This document shows positions 1 through 15,100 of a DNA stretch of 64,000 bases, piece after piece. Origin of the DNA: Ginglymostoma cirratum (lineage: Eukaryota); assembly GCA_024137785.1 (NCBI GenBank), contig JAHRHZ010000062.1:25584533-25648532 (forward strand), read 5' to 3'. Positions within the stretch are counted from its first letter, which is position 1. Each line of letters starts with the position of its first letter. The translations under genes and the position numbers were made by a program. Below the pieces are notes generated by a model that worked only from the letters and a program-made list of their open reading frames with translations, had not been told where the DNA came from and searched no databases.

Positions 1-132
1 AGCAGGAAAACTTGACGTTTGGGTCTAGGCCCGAAACGTCAAGTTTTCCTGCTCCTATGATGCTGCTTGACCTGCTGTGTTCATCCAGCCCCATGCTTGT
101 TATCTCGGATTCTCCAGCACCTTTTATCTCTG
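1..132. repeat. Penelope-derived palindromic repeat (partial)
   Basis: AGCAGGAAAACTTGACGTTT..AAACGTCAAGTTTTCCTGCT inverted arms; nearly identical to the 45932-46531 copy. Confidence 0.8.
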
Positions 133-1436
133 AAACAACGTGTGGAATTTGGTTAGAGCACAAAAAACACAGCAGATACAAACCCAAAGTAGAACATTGA
201 ATAAAACATAACTAACATTGGATTCAGTTTTGTCTGCCTTATTTCTGGAGTTCAGAGTAAACATTAAAAAATTAGAAGTGTGTTAAGTAAAACATTGCAT
301 AAATACAATGTTTAAATAATATCATATTTATATAAATTACATACTGTACTGTGCCAAAGGCTCCCTCTCATGTACTTCTTAACTCAATGTTGTGTGTCTG
401 GAAATTATAATTCAACATACATTACCAGGCTCTGGAGTCAACTATTGTACAAGTATTTCTGTGTACGTCAATAAGGAAGGAAACAGTATTTCTCAGTTAT
501 ATGTATTTTATTTAGATTTCATTATTTACTGTATTTATAGATCATACCATTTGAACATTTACATTTTCTCATTAGGATACATTTAATTACAAATTGTAAT
601 ACAAAAAGACAAACGGTATAATTTTGTGTCAACCACCATCCATATACAGTAGAAACAAACAATTTGTCAGTTTGTAAGCATGACAAGGGAAACATAGTTA
701 ATGTTGCCAATGTATTTTTTGGTTGGCTATGACAAAACATTTTACAATTACTTACAGGTAAAAATCTCAGGAGATAGATTATCCAGTTTTCACTATTCAA
801 GAGAGAATCATTTAAAAAAAATTAAGGCAGAGTACTTTCTGACACACATTCACTGGGAAGAGATGGATTCCATTGCCAGAGATACAAAAATATAAAGTTT
901 TCACTGTTTAAAAAAAAAAGCAAACCAGAGGGAAGGAAAGAAGTTTAAAAATAACTGTCACTGTACCGGCTTTTGTGATCATAATTTTTAGATTGGACCA
1001 TAGCGAACACCTTGTGGTTATTACAAGATATAGCATAAGCCAACATCAAGTCCCTTCTGAAGGGTTACTGGACTCAAAACCAGTAATCTTTCTCTCCACA
1101 GATGCTGCCTGACTTGATTTTCTCCAGCAATTTCTGTTTTTGCTTCAGGTCCCAATACCTTGGAAGCTATGGCAAATACTTAATTATGTCTCCAATTAGC
1201 TTTTGCAGTTAGTCTGAAAATTTTAGATTTCTCTATAATTTTAAGAAGTGACTCAAGTAAAGTACGTTAAAGAAAAATCTAAATTATTATTAAAAGTAAT
1301 TCACCACGGATTAGATTGGAGTCTTAACACTAGCAACAAAGACATGATCAAATACATAAGAAACTAAGATTCATGTAGCTGTGTATATAACAAAATTTAA
1401 CATGTGCAATAACATGGTCTAGCTATTCTATTGAGA

Positions 1437-1738
1437 GCAGCGTGGTGGCTCAGTAGTTAGCATTGTTGCCTCACAGCACTGGGGACTCAGGTTTGATTCC
1501 AGCCTTGGATGTCCGCGTGGATTTCCTCTGGGTGCTCTGGTTTCCTCCCACTTTCCAAAGATGTGCAGAGTAGGTGGATTGGCCATGCTAAATTGTCTGT
1601 GGTGGGCAGGCCAGGTAAATTAGCCATAGGAAATACAGGGTGACAGTTATGGGGTAGGGGAGTGGGGTCTGGGTGGGATGCTCTTCTGAGGGTCGATGGG
1701 CCAAATAACCTGCTTTCATGCTGTAGGGCTTCTGTGAA
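1437..1738 (+). mobile_element. tRNA-derived HE1-type SINE
   Basis: A box TGGCTCAGTAG, B box GTTTGATTCC, core TGCTCTGGTTTCCTCCCAC..CCAAAGATGTGCAG, CR1-like tail. Confidence 0.8.
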
Positions 1739-2046
1739 CTGGGCTGCATTCTCAGCATGGTCGAACTAATGTCCACCATGATGTCATCTTCCAGAGCTCT
1801 GTTAATTTGTAAACTACTTTTAAAAATGTTGAGCAAAGACCTCTAATTGTACTTGGCAGTCACCTAGTGCAGGACAGAGCCTGCCTGCAGATAGCCACTA
1901 ATTATCCAACAATTCTACTCAAAGTTGATTTTCCTACAAATTGAGGACTTCCATTGAAGTCATTTGAAAATCTGTCACTTACATGGAATTTATGTCATCT
2001 TAGGAACAATATGGTAATTATATCAGGTGATGCATTTTCATGGTAT

Positions 2047-3178
2047 ATAGAACATAGAACAGTACAGGCACTTCGGCCCACGATGTTGTGCCAACCTATT
2101 ATCCTACTAAGATCAATCTATCCTTCATATCCTACATTTTACTATCATCCATGTGCCTCTCTAAGAGTTGCTTAAAAGTCTCTAAAGTATCTGAATCCAC
2201 TACCAAAATTGCCGCATGCATTCTATACATCCATCACTCTGTGTGAAGAACCTACCTCTGATATCTCCCCTATACCTTCCTCCAATCACCTTAAAATTAT
2301 ACCCCCTTGCAATAGTCATTTCCTCCCTGGGAAAAAGTCTCTGACTATCCACTCTATCTATGCCTCTCATCATCTTGTAAACCTCTATCAAGTCACCTGT
2401 CATGCTTCTTCGCTCCAATGAAAAAAGCCCTAGCTCCCTCAACCTTTCCTCATAAGACCTGCCCTCCAGTCCAGGCAGCATCCTGGTAAATCTCCTCTGC
2501 ACCCTCTCTAAAGCTTCCACATTCTTCCTATAATGAGGTGACCAGAACGGAATACAATATTCCATGTGTAGTCTAACCAGAGTTTTATAGAGCTGCAGCA
2601 TAACCTCACGGCTCTTAAACTCAATTCCCATGCCAATGAAAGCCAACACACCGTACGCCTTCTTTACAACCCTATCAATGTGGGTAGCAACTTTGAGGGA
2701 TCTATGGATGTGGATCCCAAGATCCCTCTGTTCCTCCACACTGCCGTGAATCCTGCCCTTAACCTTGTATTCTGCATTCAAATTCGGCCTTCCAAAATGA
2801 ATGACTTCACACTTTTCTGGGTTGAATTCCATCTGCCACTTCTTTGCCCAGCTCTGCATCCTGTCAATATCCCGCTGCAACCTACAACAGCCCTCCACCC
2901 TGTCCACAACTCCACCAACCTTCGTGTCATCGGCAAACTTACTAATCGACCCTTCTTCATCCAAGTCATTTATAAAAATCACAAAGAGCAGAGTTCCCAG
3001 AACAGATCCCTGCGGAACACCACTGGTCACCAAGCTCCAGGCTGAATACTTTCCATCTACTACCAACTTTTGTCTTCTATTGGACAGCCAGTTTTGTATC
3101 CAGACAGCCAAACTTCCCTGAATCCCATGCCTCCTTACTTTCTAAATGAGCCTACCATGTGGTACGTTATCGAATGAT
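2047..3178 (-). mobile_element. CR1-clade (HER1-like) LINE, 5'-truncated, RT 3' end
   Basis: ORF 2200..3111 with SGVPQGSVLG, FINDLD, SKFADDTK, LERVQRRFTRM, DLIEVYK; microsatellite-like tail (minus GTTCTAT repeats) near 2047-2060. Confidence 0.93.
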
Positions 3179-4339
3179 TTTGATATACTCATCTTTGCAT
3201 TTGACATCTCCTGGAAGAAAATACCAAATGGTGGGCTAACCACAGAACTGGAGAAGTAATTTCCAGCTCAAGTCCACTGGAGTTTTATCATTTTTCGGGC
3301 TCAGGTCTAGGAAATTTAATCATATTACGCAAAAGGAACAATGCACTGGAAACAAAAAATGCTGCAAATCACGGTCAGCCATACAGCAGTAATTTGCTTT
3401 TACTTTGAAGCAACAATGCACTGTTTTCTTCATTAAAATTTATCCTATTATCAAATTTTCCAGTTCAAAAGGCAGAGCTTTAAAGCTGTAATTAATACCT
3501 GTAGCAAAGCGTACCTTCTTTTCTCAATAGTTAATTTAAAAAGTATCCATCCATACTAACTCTTCAAATGACAGCATTACAACAAATAATAATTTCTTTA
3601 TGATAACAAATTTGAGGAAATTTCTAGGGTGAGGTTCAGAGTTTTTCTAGTAGTGACCAAGGATTTGAAACATTGACTGCTCCTTTCCTCCAGATGCTGC
3701 CTGGCGTGCTGTGTTCTTCCAGTCCCCTGTTTGTCTACCTTGGATTCCAGCATCTGCAGTTTTCTTGTCTCTAACAGTTTGGCTACTTTGTAGTTCAGTG
3801 AACAAATTGATAAATCTTGTGTTTGCTGGACTGCAAAACAATTCCTATGTAACTGAATGTTTTTTTAGAAAAAAAAAACGTTGTGACGATCAACCTGTTT
3901 AATCTAGTCTGAGGTTGCAACAGGAAGAGGTGTATTTTGAAAACCAGGACAAAACAGAATTCCATATCTAAAGTCAGTCTTGAAATGTACTAAAATGTGA
4001 TGAAATCTCACATACAACTGGAGAACTGAAATGAATTACACATTTAAAACTGCGGTTGCATTTTCTCAGTGAAGTGCACATCAAACTCAGTCATCCAGAA
4101 CTGGCTAAAATTCAAAGAACACCTTAACACTCTCCATCTTTCTGAAATGTTTAATGGGCTCTCAAGTTTAAACCATAAAACTCCTCCTAAGTTGTGACTG
4201 AGAGAAGGTTTCACTTCCACTTATTGTTAAATAACTTGTCTTTATATTGTGCATTGTTGTGTCCACTGGAAATTTCAAACTTCATGTCCAATGATTTAAT
4301 GTGATGGAGATGTTACATAGCAAAAAAAAAAAATCCCAC

Positions 4340-4500
4340 AAACAGTAATGTCACAATGACCAGTTGACATGTTATTGTGATGCTAATTGAAGAATAAATA
4401 TATTCACCAGGAAACTAGGGAATGCCCTCCTTTGAAATATTGCCATGGGATTTTTTATATCCAGCTGAAAGGCCAGATGGGACCTCAGTTTCATGTCTCA
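4340..4500 (+). mobile_element. Probable DeuSINE (AmnSINE1/SacSINE1-like) fragment
   Basis: TTGAAATATTGCCATGGGATTTTTTATATCCAGCTGAAAGGCCAGATGGGACCTCAGTTTCATGTCTCA resembles the recalled 3' part of AmnSINE1/SacSINE1; a similar piece lies at about 50100-50200. From recall only. Confidence 0.45.
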
Positions 4501-5788
4501 CTGGATTTAAGAAGTTTTATCTTGCTTTACAGCAAATTGATATTTCTATAAGACCATAACAAAAGGGAACAGGAGGAGGCCCTTCAGCCCCTTAAGTCTG
4601 CTCCACCATTCAATAGGATCGTGGCTGATCTGACATTCGTCACGCCCACTTTCCTGCCTTTTCCCCCATTATCGTTCATTCCTCCACCAACCACCCCCCA
4701 CAACCACCACCGCCAATCAAGTATCTATCGGAACTTTAAAATAGACAACTCTGCTTCCCATAGCTTTCCTTGGCAAGGAGTTCTAAAGACTGTCAACCAT
4801 CAGAAGAAACTCCTGCTGATCTGAGTCTTAAATTGGCATCTGTTTAGACTGAGGCTTAGATTCTCCCATTTGGAGAAACATCTTCTCAGCATTTAACCTG
4901 TCGAGTTCCTTAAAATCCTATGTTCTAATGAGATCACCTCTCATTCTTTTAAACTTCAATGATTAGAACCCCAATCTGTTTAGCTTTTGCTCATGAGACA
5001 ATCCATTGATTATGATGGTTTTCTGAATGAAATTTCTCCCCGCTATTTTTCCACCCACTTCTGTGAACAACACTGCAGCTAGGAATAATCCTCATCTAGT
5101 ACTGTCCACCTGGAGTTACCAGTATGAATCAACTGGACAGTGGTCAACTTAAAGTCCTGCCCTAACTCAGAGGGTAAAGAGATAACAAGTGTAAATAATT
5201 GAAATTAATGTCGTCAAAGTCTGCTACTTTTAAACATAATTGAGCCTACCACCCCAATTTTAATTGCTCACTATAACGTATGTGACTTAATTGGCTTACT
5301 GAACAAGTGAAATCCTACTAGAAACTCCAGATGACCAAAGTGCAATTTTCAAATGGGCTAAACAGGTCAACAAAAATCAAACTGCTTCAAATTGCTAGAA
5401 ATCAGAAATAAAAAGAGTGAGAAATGCTCAATATGTCTGGCAACATTCGTGGAGAGAGAAACAGTTAACATTTCAAGTCAAGGAGCTCTATTCTGAACCC
5501 TTCAAAGCATTGAACAAAAACAAAGTTGCTGGAAAAGCTCAGCAGGTCTGGCCGCATCTGTGGAGGAGAAAACAGAGTTAACGTTTTGGGTCCTGTGACC
5601 CTTCCTCAGAACATTTCAAAGCACTTCATCATTTCAAGCTGGAATTTTTTGTTTTATATTTACCAGCCATACAAGTGTTTAAAGCAGAATGATAAATGCC
5701 AGTTGTGTGGGAGCAATTTAAAATAAAACTTGCACCATCTATATTTATCTTGTGTTCAAAATAGATGCAAGAAATCTTTATATTTATC

Positions 5789-6102
5789 TTAGAATGCCAG
5801 ACGCATATTTTTTTCCATAAATTCTCTTGTTTCTGGGTGAATAAACTCACATCTGATTCCTATCCCATTATCAGATTCTACTGGTGTAAATTCTATACTT
5901 GTTAGAGATGAGAAGAGACCATTTTCAGCAACTTCAGGCTTAGTATAAGCCACCAGACCCATGAAGGGTTCCTCTCCTTTAAACCACCTAATTTCAATTT
6001 CTTGAGGTGCATAATCAGTCAGTGAAACGGTGAAAGTTGCCACTTTGTTTTTCTCTGGTTTCACTGGGTTACATTTGATTTCCGACAGAGTGGGAGGGGA
6101 AC
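5789..6102 (-). CDS. Gene A exon 10 (terminal coding): post-TM C1-like domain 6
   Basis: Acceptor ttctgttttaag|GT. SPPTLSEI..ATFTVSLTDYAP..IRWFK..NGLFSSLTS..IRCEFIHP..LAF then TAA at 5791-5789. B-strand Cys replaced by Val. Confidence 0.88.
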
Positions 6103-9100
6103 CTTAAAACAGAACAGAACGTACAAATTATGAGTGTGCACATTATCTGCAGTGATAGTTTGTCTCAATGTTACAGTAAGTGTTCTTGACATAACTTCAG
6201 CAAATTCAATTGTTCAATTTAGCAAATTCAGTTACTACTTCATATGGAACAGTAAGAATCAGGAGATATCAAACATTGGACCAAGAAATATTTGGGATTG
6301 ACAAACGAGATAAACATTCAAAGGGATATCATTTTTAATAAGGCCATGAAATAGATTTCCCAGATCATTTGCACTCCAGAATACTAAAAGAATTAGTAGA
6401 AGCATTAAAAGGCTTCAAAAAAATTGTGAATTCTTCCAAGTTGACTGGAAGGCAAATATTATTTTTCCTGCTTAACAGTTCAGAATATAGCATGAAATTA
6501 CTGAACTGTTAGAAAAGCATGGATAGTCAACTTGGATTTACAAAAGGTGGCTCATCTTTTGGTGAGGCCTAAAGCACCCTCTGCATAGTAAACAACTATG
6601 CATCCAAAAAGGTGGTTTTAACAGCATATAGTCATGACATTTGGGTGAGCTCTCAGTAATGGCTTCAAGTTCCGCATCTGGGATCATGCTTTGATTAGTT
6701 ATTCTCACTAAGTTTAGAATGGCAAAGAGTAATGTTTGATCATCTGGCAGGTTCTAGTCTTCTGAAACCAAAGAATTGGTGCATTCACCCATCCAGGCCC
6801 ATTTATAACAAATAGAAAAGCACTGGAAATAGGTATCCAGGAGCAGACTGGCACTTTCCTAATTGACATTTTTTTTCTTAGAAATCCATGATAAATTCAA
6901 TTCTGTTCTTGTTTCTTAAATTATTCAATGCTCTAGTTCTACAGTAATTAGGATTTTGTACAATTTTAAACACACCTGGAAGATTCAAACACAGCTGCTT
7001 TTGAATAGAATTGGGTGAGGCTTCATGCATCACTTCGAATACAATTTCCTTATTATAATCCAAAGCTGTTGGCGTTAACTCCATGCTGGAAAATAACTGA
7101 TAATAGCCACTTTTTTCCTTCTGAGGCTCTGTGGTTGTGATTCCACTAGAGACATACTTGTTATTCATTAGCCATCTGGCAGAGGATACATTTCCAGAAA
7201 AATTTTTTACGTGGCATTTAAGAACAAGACGTTTTCCATAGGATGGAATTTCTGGCTCTGGAACGATGTCAGAAACTACTGGAATTCCTGTTTGGAAACA
7301 ACAAGAAATTGTTCATCAGGCTTTTGTATCCCACATCCAAGCTGATTCCACAACAAGATCTATTGTACCCATATCACTACTCATTATTGCACTGGTACCT
7401 TCCCTATTTAAGAAATCACCTCATTTTCCTTTTACTATTCCCCAGGAACGTTAAACATCCTTGCACATTCTTATCACATTTGGATTATCGCTCACCTCTT
7501 CAATACCCTGCACTTCACATTTCTTTTGATTTTTTTTAAAACTTCCCTTCAACTGAACACTCCCCCTTGAGCTAATTAGTTTAAAACCCTTTCTACAAAG
7601 TTAATTATACAATTTTCCAGGATACTGGTCCCAACATAGTTCAAATGAAACCCATCCCAACAAACTTCTCTTTCTCCAGTCCTCCAGAACTCATTTCTCC
7701 CAAGGCATCTTTGAACCATACATTTACCTCTTTAATCTTAATTATCTTTTATCAATTTGCATCTGGCTCAGACATTAATCTGAGGATTACCACCTTTGTG
7801 ATTGTGTTCAATTTAGCCCTGAAGTGCTCATAATCCCCTCAGCAAAACCTCTTTTCCTAGTTCTACTTATGGCATTTACGCATATGTGGACCACAACAAT
7901 TCGATCCTTCCCTTCCTGTTTCAAGTTCCTCTCCAGTCCAGAAAAGATGTCCTGAATGTGACACCAGGTAAGGGACACAGCCTTTGGAACTGTTGTTGTT
8001 GCAGGAGAAAGTGCCATTACCTAAACTATGCAATCCCTATTATTACCTCATTTCTCTTTTCTCCACCAAGCAACTCTCAAAGAGCACACCCCCTCAAAAA
8101 AACAACTTAACTGCCACTCATGAACATGGTGTGGTTAGTTTTCTCATACACCCTAAAGTCTATGACCCTGTCAATACCAAGAGCAACTTCATACCGTTTT
8201 CAATAAGGTGAATGGTTGAGGCTACTCCAAAGCTAAATTGTGAATCCAATACATGCCACACTCTCAGTCACACACTCCTGCTGCAGACCACAAACATATT
8301 TGATGTCATTAACTTAAAGGGTGTGACTTTCTCCTGCAAGTGTGTCCAGTATCTCTCTTCATTTTTGATGTGTCTCAGTGTCCACAGTTCACAGTCCAGC
8401 TCGTTAACTGAGCTTAAGTTCCTCAAGCAACCACTACTTGTGCAGATATGGTGCATCACAGATGTACCTGTGTCCACCAGTTCCCAAAGCTGCCAACCAC
8501 CACCTGCCCAGTCACCTCTATTATATTCAATTAATTAACGAGTCTGTTAAATATTTTTAAAGGTGAACTTCTTAACTATACTCTTCAGCTGTATTAATGT
8601 CTCCTGAATGAAATTAACTGACCAAAAGACATGGAGGAAATACCCACCAATCACCTAATTGTTTTCCTGTAATATCACACTTTGGCTGTTAAAGGAAGAA
8701 ACAAGTTAACAGATGTCTCTGACACTGGTTTTTATCTCTCACTGTTACTGCTCTTCTCACACAGACACCTACTTTCATGGCTCTTCATGCTGACTCCTCA
8801 TTCTCTTACACTGTTTTGAAAGCATGAGCTCCTTCGCTTCAGTTGTGCTGATTTACTCCAAACTCCTCCCAGTTTGCTTCACAGTGACTTTGCTGCACAA
8901 TCCTCCTAGTTCCCTTCACTGCAATTCTGACTGTTGCATACTCCTGCCAGTCCTCTCCGTTTTCTGCCTGTTAATCAGTTCTCAATTTATACTCGTACTT
9001 TTCCCATCAATCCATCTGCTGTAATTCAATTACTAGACTCCTGTGTGGAAACTAAATCAAACATTTGCTGAAAATCCAAAATACATTACATCTACTGGTT

Positions 9101-12100
9101 CTCCTTTTAGTTACACTAATTTCATTTTGTTCCTCAGATTCACAAGTCCTAAGTTATCTAGTATTTAAAAGATTTTCCGTATCTTCTCCCATGAAGATAG
9201 CCACAAAGTAGCAACTTAATTTCTTTGTCATTTTTTTAAAAAAACTATAAATTCTCCTGTCCTCCCTGCTGTAATGGGTTTGTACTTGTCATAGCTAATC
9301 CTTTCCCTTTTACATACCCAAAAATGTTTTCACAGTCCTGCTTTATGTTCCTCTCTACATTTTTATTTTTTATGTTCTTAAACCAGTTTCTGGGACTTTT
9401 GTGGAGTTCAAAATTGCTCCCAATCCTCAGAACTGCCACTTTACCTGGATTCTATGTAAGCCACTTCTTCTGTTCTAATGCAATCTTTAACTTTTTTCAT
9501 TAACCATGTTTGGTTTACATTTCCTTTTGAATATTTGTTCTTTCGAGGAATGTACATCTGTGATCAACCATTTGGTGGTTCAAAATAGCCTGATTTAGAC
9601 TTGGCTCCTCAATGTACTGCTCCAGAAACTCATCTCGTACACACTGCAGCATTTCAACCTCTATACCATTAAATAAAAACTAAAAGAACTGTGGATGCTG
9701 TAAATCAGGAAGGAAAACAGAAGTTGCTGGAAAAGCTCAGCAGGTCTGGTCGCATCTGTGAAGAAAAATCAGAGTTGACATTTCAGGTCCAATTACCATT
9801 CCTCAGAACTCAGAACTGAGGAAGGGTCACCCGACTTGAAATGTTAACTCTGATTTTTCTTCACAGATGCTGCCACACCTTCTGAGCTTTTCCAGCAACT
9901 TCTGTTTGTGTTCCATTGTATTAATGTTGATTTAGTTTTTCCCTAGGGTGGGGGAGTTCAAAAGTAGGGAGTGTATTTTTAAGGTGAGAGGGGATAGATT
10001 TAAAAGACACCTGAGTGGCACCTTTTTTCACACAGAGGGTGGATTGTATGTGGAATAAATTGCCAGAGGAGGTGGTAGACACTGGTACAGTCACAACATT
10101 TAAAAGACATTTGAACAGGAACACCATTAGGAAAGGTTGAGAGGGATATGGGTCAAACCAAGGCAAGTGAGACTAGTTTAGATTGGGAAACTTGGTCAGC
10201 ATGGATGAGTTAGACTGAGGGGTCTGTTTCCATGCTGTATGACTATGCATAAACTGAAGCTGACCGTTAAACTACAATTATACATGTTACATGCATTTTT
10301 AAATTTCTGATTTTTACACCATGCCCAACATTACCACCACAGTTGGTAGTCTGTAAAAAAGAAACTCTCAGAATGTTTTACTCCCTTTGCTGCTTTTTAA
10401 TTCCAGCCAAACTGATTGTAGATCTTGGATCTTTGATGCAACATCCTTTCTTACTAATTTTTACTTTGGTTCACTTGCATTCATTTTATTTTACTCGCGT
10501 TAGCCATTGATAAACCTTACAAGCATTCAAACTAGGAGAAGTAGAGGCCGTTTGGCCCCCTTGGACGTTCTCTGCTCTTCAATAAGATCATGGTTGGTCA
10601 GTTTGTGTTTCATATTCCACATTTCCCATTTACTCATGATAATATTTTATTCCTTGGTCTAACAAAAATATATTTATCCTTGCTTAAAAGTATTCAATGA
10701 GCTGCCTCTGCCACCTTCTTAAGCAGAGTTCTAAAGTCTCTCAGTCCTCAGTGAAAAAAATTCTCCTCCTCCGTTTCCTAATGGGCAACACTAGATTTTT
10801 TTTGAATAGTGTTCCCTAATTCTGTACTCACCCACAAAACAAAATATTCTTTCCACACCCGCTCAAATCAAGGCCATTCAGGATTTATACCAAGTCACCC
10901 CTCACTCATTTCAACTCCAGTGAAAACAAGCCCAATCTGTTCAACATTTCCTCTTAGTACAACCACTAATTCTAGGTATAAATCTAGTAATCTATTTCTG
11001 AATCCGTCCAAACATTTACATTCTTCCTTAAACAAGGAGGCCAAAACTTCACACAGTATTTGTGATGTGGTCTCACTCATGTCCTATAGAACGAAGCATA
11101 ATATCCTTACTTTCATATTCAATTCCTCTTGTAATAAAGGTTAGCATTCCGTTAGCCTTACTGATTATCTGCTTTACCTACATACTAAATCTTTTGTGAC
11201 ACGAACCAATGTATCCAAATCACTTTGCACCTTGGAATTCTTCAACCATTCTTCATCTAAGTAATATTGTGCTTCTTTATTCTTCTCACCAAAGTGAGCA
11301 ACTTCACATTTTCCACATTACATGCCATCTATTATAGCGTACAGGATTTAGTGATGTCAACTATGCATTCAGATACATTTTGACTTGGGGACATCTACCA
11401 CCAGTAACTGATATCATTAAGTTTTTAGGTGTAGGTGGCCATTTTGACAGCTATCTTTGAATTCAGGCCATTTAACCCATTTTTATTTTTCTCGCCAAAG
11501 TGATCAATTCCATATATTTCCGCAGCCTGCTGCATCTGCAAAATATTTGTCCACTCACTCAACCTATATTAGTCTGTGATCTCTTCATGTCCTCTTCAAA
11601 ACAAACTTTACTTTTTTTTGTGCCATATGACAACTTAGCTGCATTTGCTCACCTGATCAAATGTCTTCTGGAAATCCAACTATAATATGTCAATGGGTAT
11701 ACACTGTGCACATACTACTTATTCAAACCAAGTCCAAGAAATTGGTTAAAATTCGTTTTCTTCCTTTCACAAAAAGAATACCGCATCCTCCTAATAACCT
11801 TGACTTTTTCCCCAGTATCCAGGCATAAGCTCCTTAATGATTAATTCTAACACCCCACGACAGACATCATGCTAACTGGACTATAGATACCCAGTTTCTG
11901 CCTCCTTCCGGTCTTGAATAGGCGGGTTACATTTGCTTCTTTCCAGTCTGTTGGAACCTTTCCAGAATTTAGTGAATTTTGAAAAGCCAACACAAATTAA
12001 TCTACTACCTCAGTAACCACCTTTTCTAAAGGCAAAAGGATGACACACATCATGATCCGGGCACTGAGAAACTTGCAGCTCCATCAGTGTGCTCAGTACC

Positions 12101-15100
12101 ACTTTCCTTCCAGTCAAATTTTCACTATGTTCCTCGCTCCCTTCCACCTCCTGATTTATAGCTACTGTTAGAAACCTTTTCGGTAAATCGAGATTAGCTT
12201 TGTCAGCATAAGAAATCTGTTTCACACAGAAAGAAAAATGGAAGCCTCCAGTTATTGGCAAAAGATTTCCCCTGCTACAAGCGGAGTTTAGATTACAAGA
12301 ATTGGCAATGTTTACCAAAAAAAATGGAAACAAGCATAAAGCCAATGAGCAGCATTGCCCTTTGAGCTCATTGAATTATGTCAATTCAAGATTCGTCAGT
12401 TCTGAAGAATGGTGTTCTGAAAAAGGGTCACCAAATCCAAAATGTTAACTCTGATTTCCCTCCACAGATGCTGCCAGACCTGCTGAGATTTTGCAGCAGG
12501 TTCTGTTTTCGTTAAACATTTATCAGTAAACTCAGTGCAGTCAATAAATTGTGATGAAAACAAATTTGAGTTGGATGTCAGATGTCCTGGTGGTTCAGAA
12601 GACCAAGTTCAAACAGAAAATTTCATTTCCTGATCTTCCCAGGAATAGAGATTACATCCAGCAAGCAGCAAATCAGCAAATAGTATGTTGAAGGAATTGA
12701 GCCTGTTGTTGTCAATACTATAGTTCCAAAGGAAGAATAGAAATGTTGTTATATACTTCAGCACAGATTGAGAATTAAAGAAGATTGAAGAGGTGGTGCA
12801 TACAACCCCCTTGGAAACCACTACCAAGAAGAAACTATAATGTCCAATGATTGAAGGCATAGTCAAGAAGAAATTTCCTGGTTCTAGGATCCAGGATACT
12901 GCAAAAATGAAAGTGTCTATTTCCACAGTTGTTCTCATTGAGGAAATCTGGGAGTCTGAAGGTCCTGCAGATTTGCAATGGAGCAAGTGCCTGTTTTAGT
13001 AGGAAACCATACTTCTGCAAAAGGAAATCTGAAGTTTTTTTAAAGGATTACTCTCATCTGAAGGGATTTTCAGCCTTCACATTGTCGGAAACAGAATAGA
13101 AGTCAACAAATTTCAACTCAAAGTTCTATCTATCTTCCAAGCCTGAAGATAATGTGTTTTGAGAGAATAGTCAGACTCCAGACTGCCCAAATGTGTAAAG
13201 AGACTTGTGGAGATACAGCAGTTGCAAACTAATTATGTAGACAAATATATAAATATTAATAATGGGTAGAAAAAAAGACTGGTTGTAGGCATTGTATAAA
13301 GCTGTAAGGATGAATATCCTGGAGTGAATTAAATACCACCTGCTACAATGATGCCATATGGACATGTGGGAGAACAACTTAGGATCTTAAATGAGCAAGA
13401 CCTACTACCTTTAGGTCTTCCACACAGCCTCTGCAATGAGGATAACCTTGTTGTCAAACAATAAACTATATTTCGTTTAAAACAAAGCCTCTTCTCATTA
13501 AACTATCAGGTGGTTTCTCACTGCCACATTGGACCAAACAGTCCCTAGGTGTCTCTACCAGGAGAAAGGATGGTAGCAGAAGTTCTACCGAAAGCTTACG
13601 CAACATAATGAGCAGTGGTGAAGATTCGTCTTACATCAGAGCAGGCAAATGTGATCTGTATCACTGAAGATTCTTCCTGAGAATATCAAGAAATGAAATT
13701 CTCTGTTTGTACTTAATCTTCTGAACCACCTCAGCATCTGACGTCAGAGACAAACCTGTCATCATGACTCTAGAGTATATGCAGTCAGGTCATAGATCAG
13801 CAGGATATTACTGGATGCCTATTCCTCTACCAAATGCCTATTATTACAATTATTTTGACTTTTTTGGCGAATGCATTGACTCAAAAATAACTCACGTTGA
13901 CAACTGAAAATAAGTATTAGAATTTTAAAATAGCTTTATAATCCAATTAGGACTTCAGGTTAAATGCAATCAAGCTTTAAAAATGTGACTGGAAAGCAGG
14001 AAGAATTGCCACTGTTTTTGTATTTTGTAAGCAGGAACACACCACTGCCTCTGGAAAATTTCAATATGATACAACAAATTTATATTTGGAGTTATCGAAG
14101 TGTGGTAAAACTTCACACACATTCCTAAATATAAAAGTGTGTAGCCTATACATAGTCTAGACTAAGTTTAGTACAGAAAAAATATACACTAAATTCATAC
14201 CTCCAAGATGAAGGATGAAACTAGATCTTGAAGGCTTGTGAGAAGTTGGGAAATGTAGAACCTCAACTTTGAATTCCATCTGATGATATTCTGGCTTAAT
14301 TAACAATTTCCATCGACTTTCACAGTAGAAGAAGCCAGTTTGTTCATCTTCCTGAGGTTCAGTAACAGTGATTCCTGCGTCATCAATTCTCTCATTATTT
14401 ATAAACCACATGAACAACGTTTCCTTTGGAAAGAAGCCATATGCATGACATATGATGGTTGCTTCTTTTCCTGCCTCTGGGAATTCTGGTTCACTTTTTA
14501 TGTATTTCACTAATGGTGGAGACACTGTAATAACAGAAAATATATAGTTAGACACAATAGAATATTGCAAGTTTCTATAATAACTCAGGAATTTTAAAGG
14601 TAGTACAGCTACAGGATGAGGTTACAACAAATCTAAAATTTTAGTTATTCACAACTATAAGTTATATCATTGATAATAACCATTTTGAAATATTATTGAA
14701 ACACAGAAGATAGGATTTGGCTATCCAGTCCATCAAGCCTGCTCTGCCATTCAATATGAACATGGCTGATCATCCAACTCAGTGCCCTGTTCCTGTTTTC
14801 TCCCCATATCCTTTGAATAGTTTCAAGGAGGGGTTGGATATAGTTCTTGGGGCGAAAGGGATCAATGTTTTGGCCTCATTCACTTTCTGTGGCAGAGAAA
14901 GTGACAATCTCACCACTCTCTGGGTGAAGAAATATTTCTCATCTCAGTCTTAAATAGCCTACCACTTCCTAGTCTACTCCAGTTAGAATTTTTTTTGAAA
15001 GATTTCCCCTTCAATTTTCTAAACTCCATTTAATGTAGTCCTATACAATTCAATCTCTCTTTAGTCAGTCCTGCTATCCCAGGAATTGTTCTGGTAAACC

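Noticed and set aside
1437-1510. tRNA genes at the SINE heads (also 25790-25860, 41040-41113, 62156-62225)
   Set aside because: A and B boxes are followed by SINE core and LINE-like tail; no intact cloverleaf.
130-5788. PolyA site and 3' UTR extent of gene A
   Set aside because: Several minus-strand AATAAA/ATTAAA hexamers in AT-rich DNA; cannot choose without transcripts.
7095-7115. ITIM-like SGYYQL in post-TM domain 5
   Set aside because: Falls on the conserved DG-x-Y/F E-strand of the Ig fold and is not conserved in gene B (DGCFSV).
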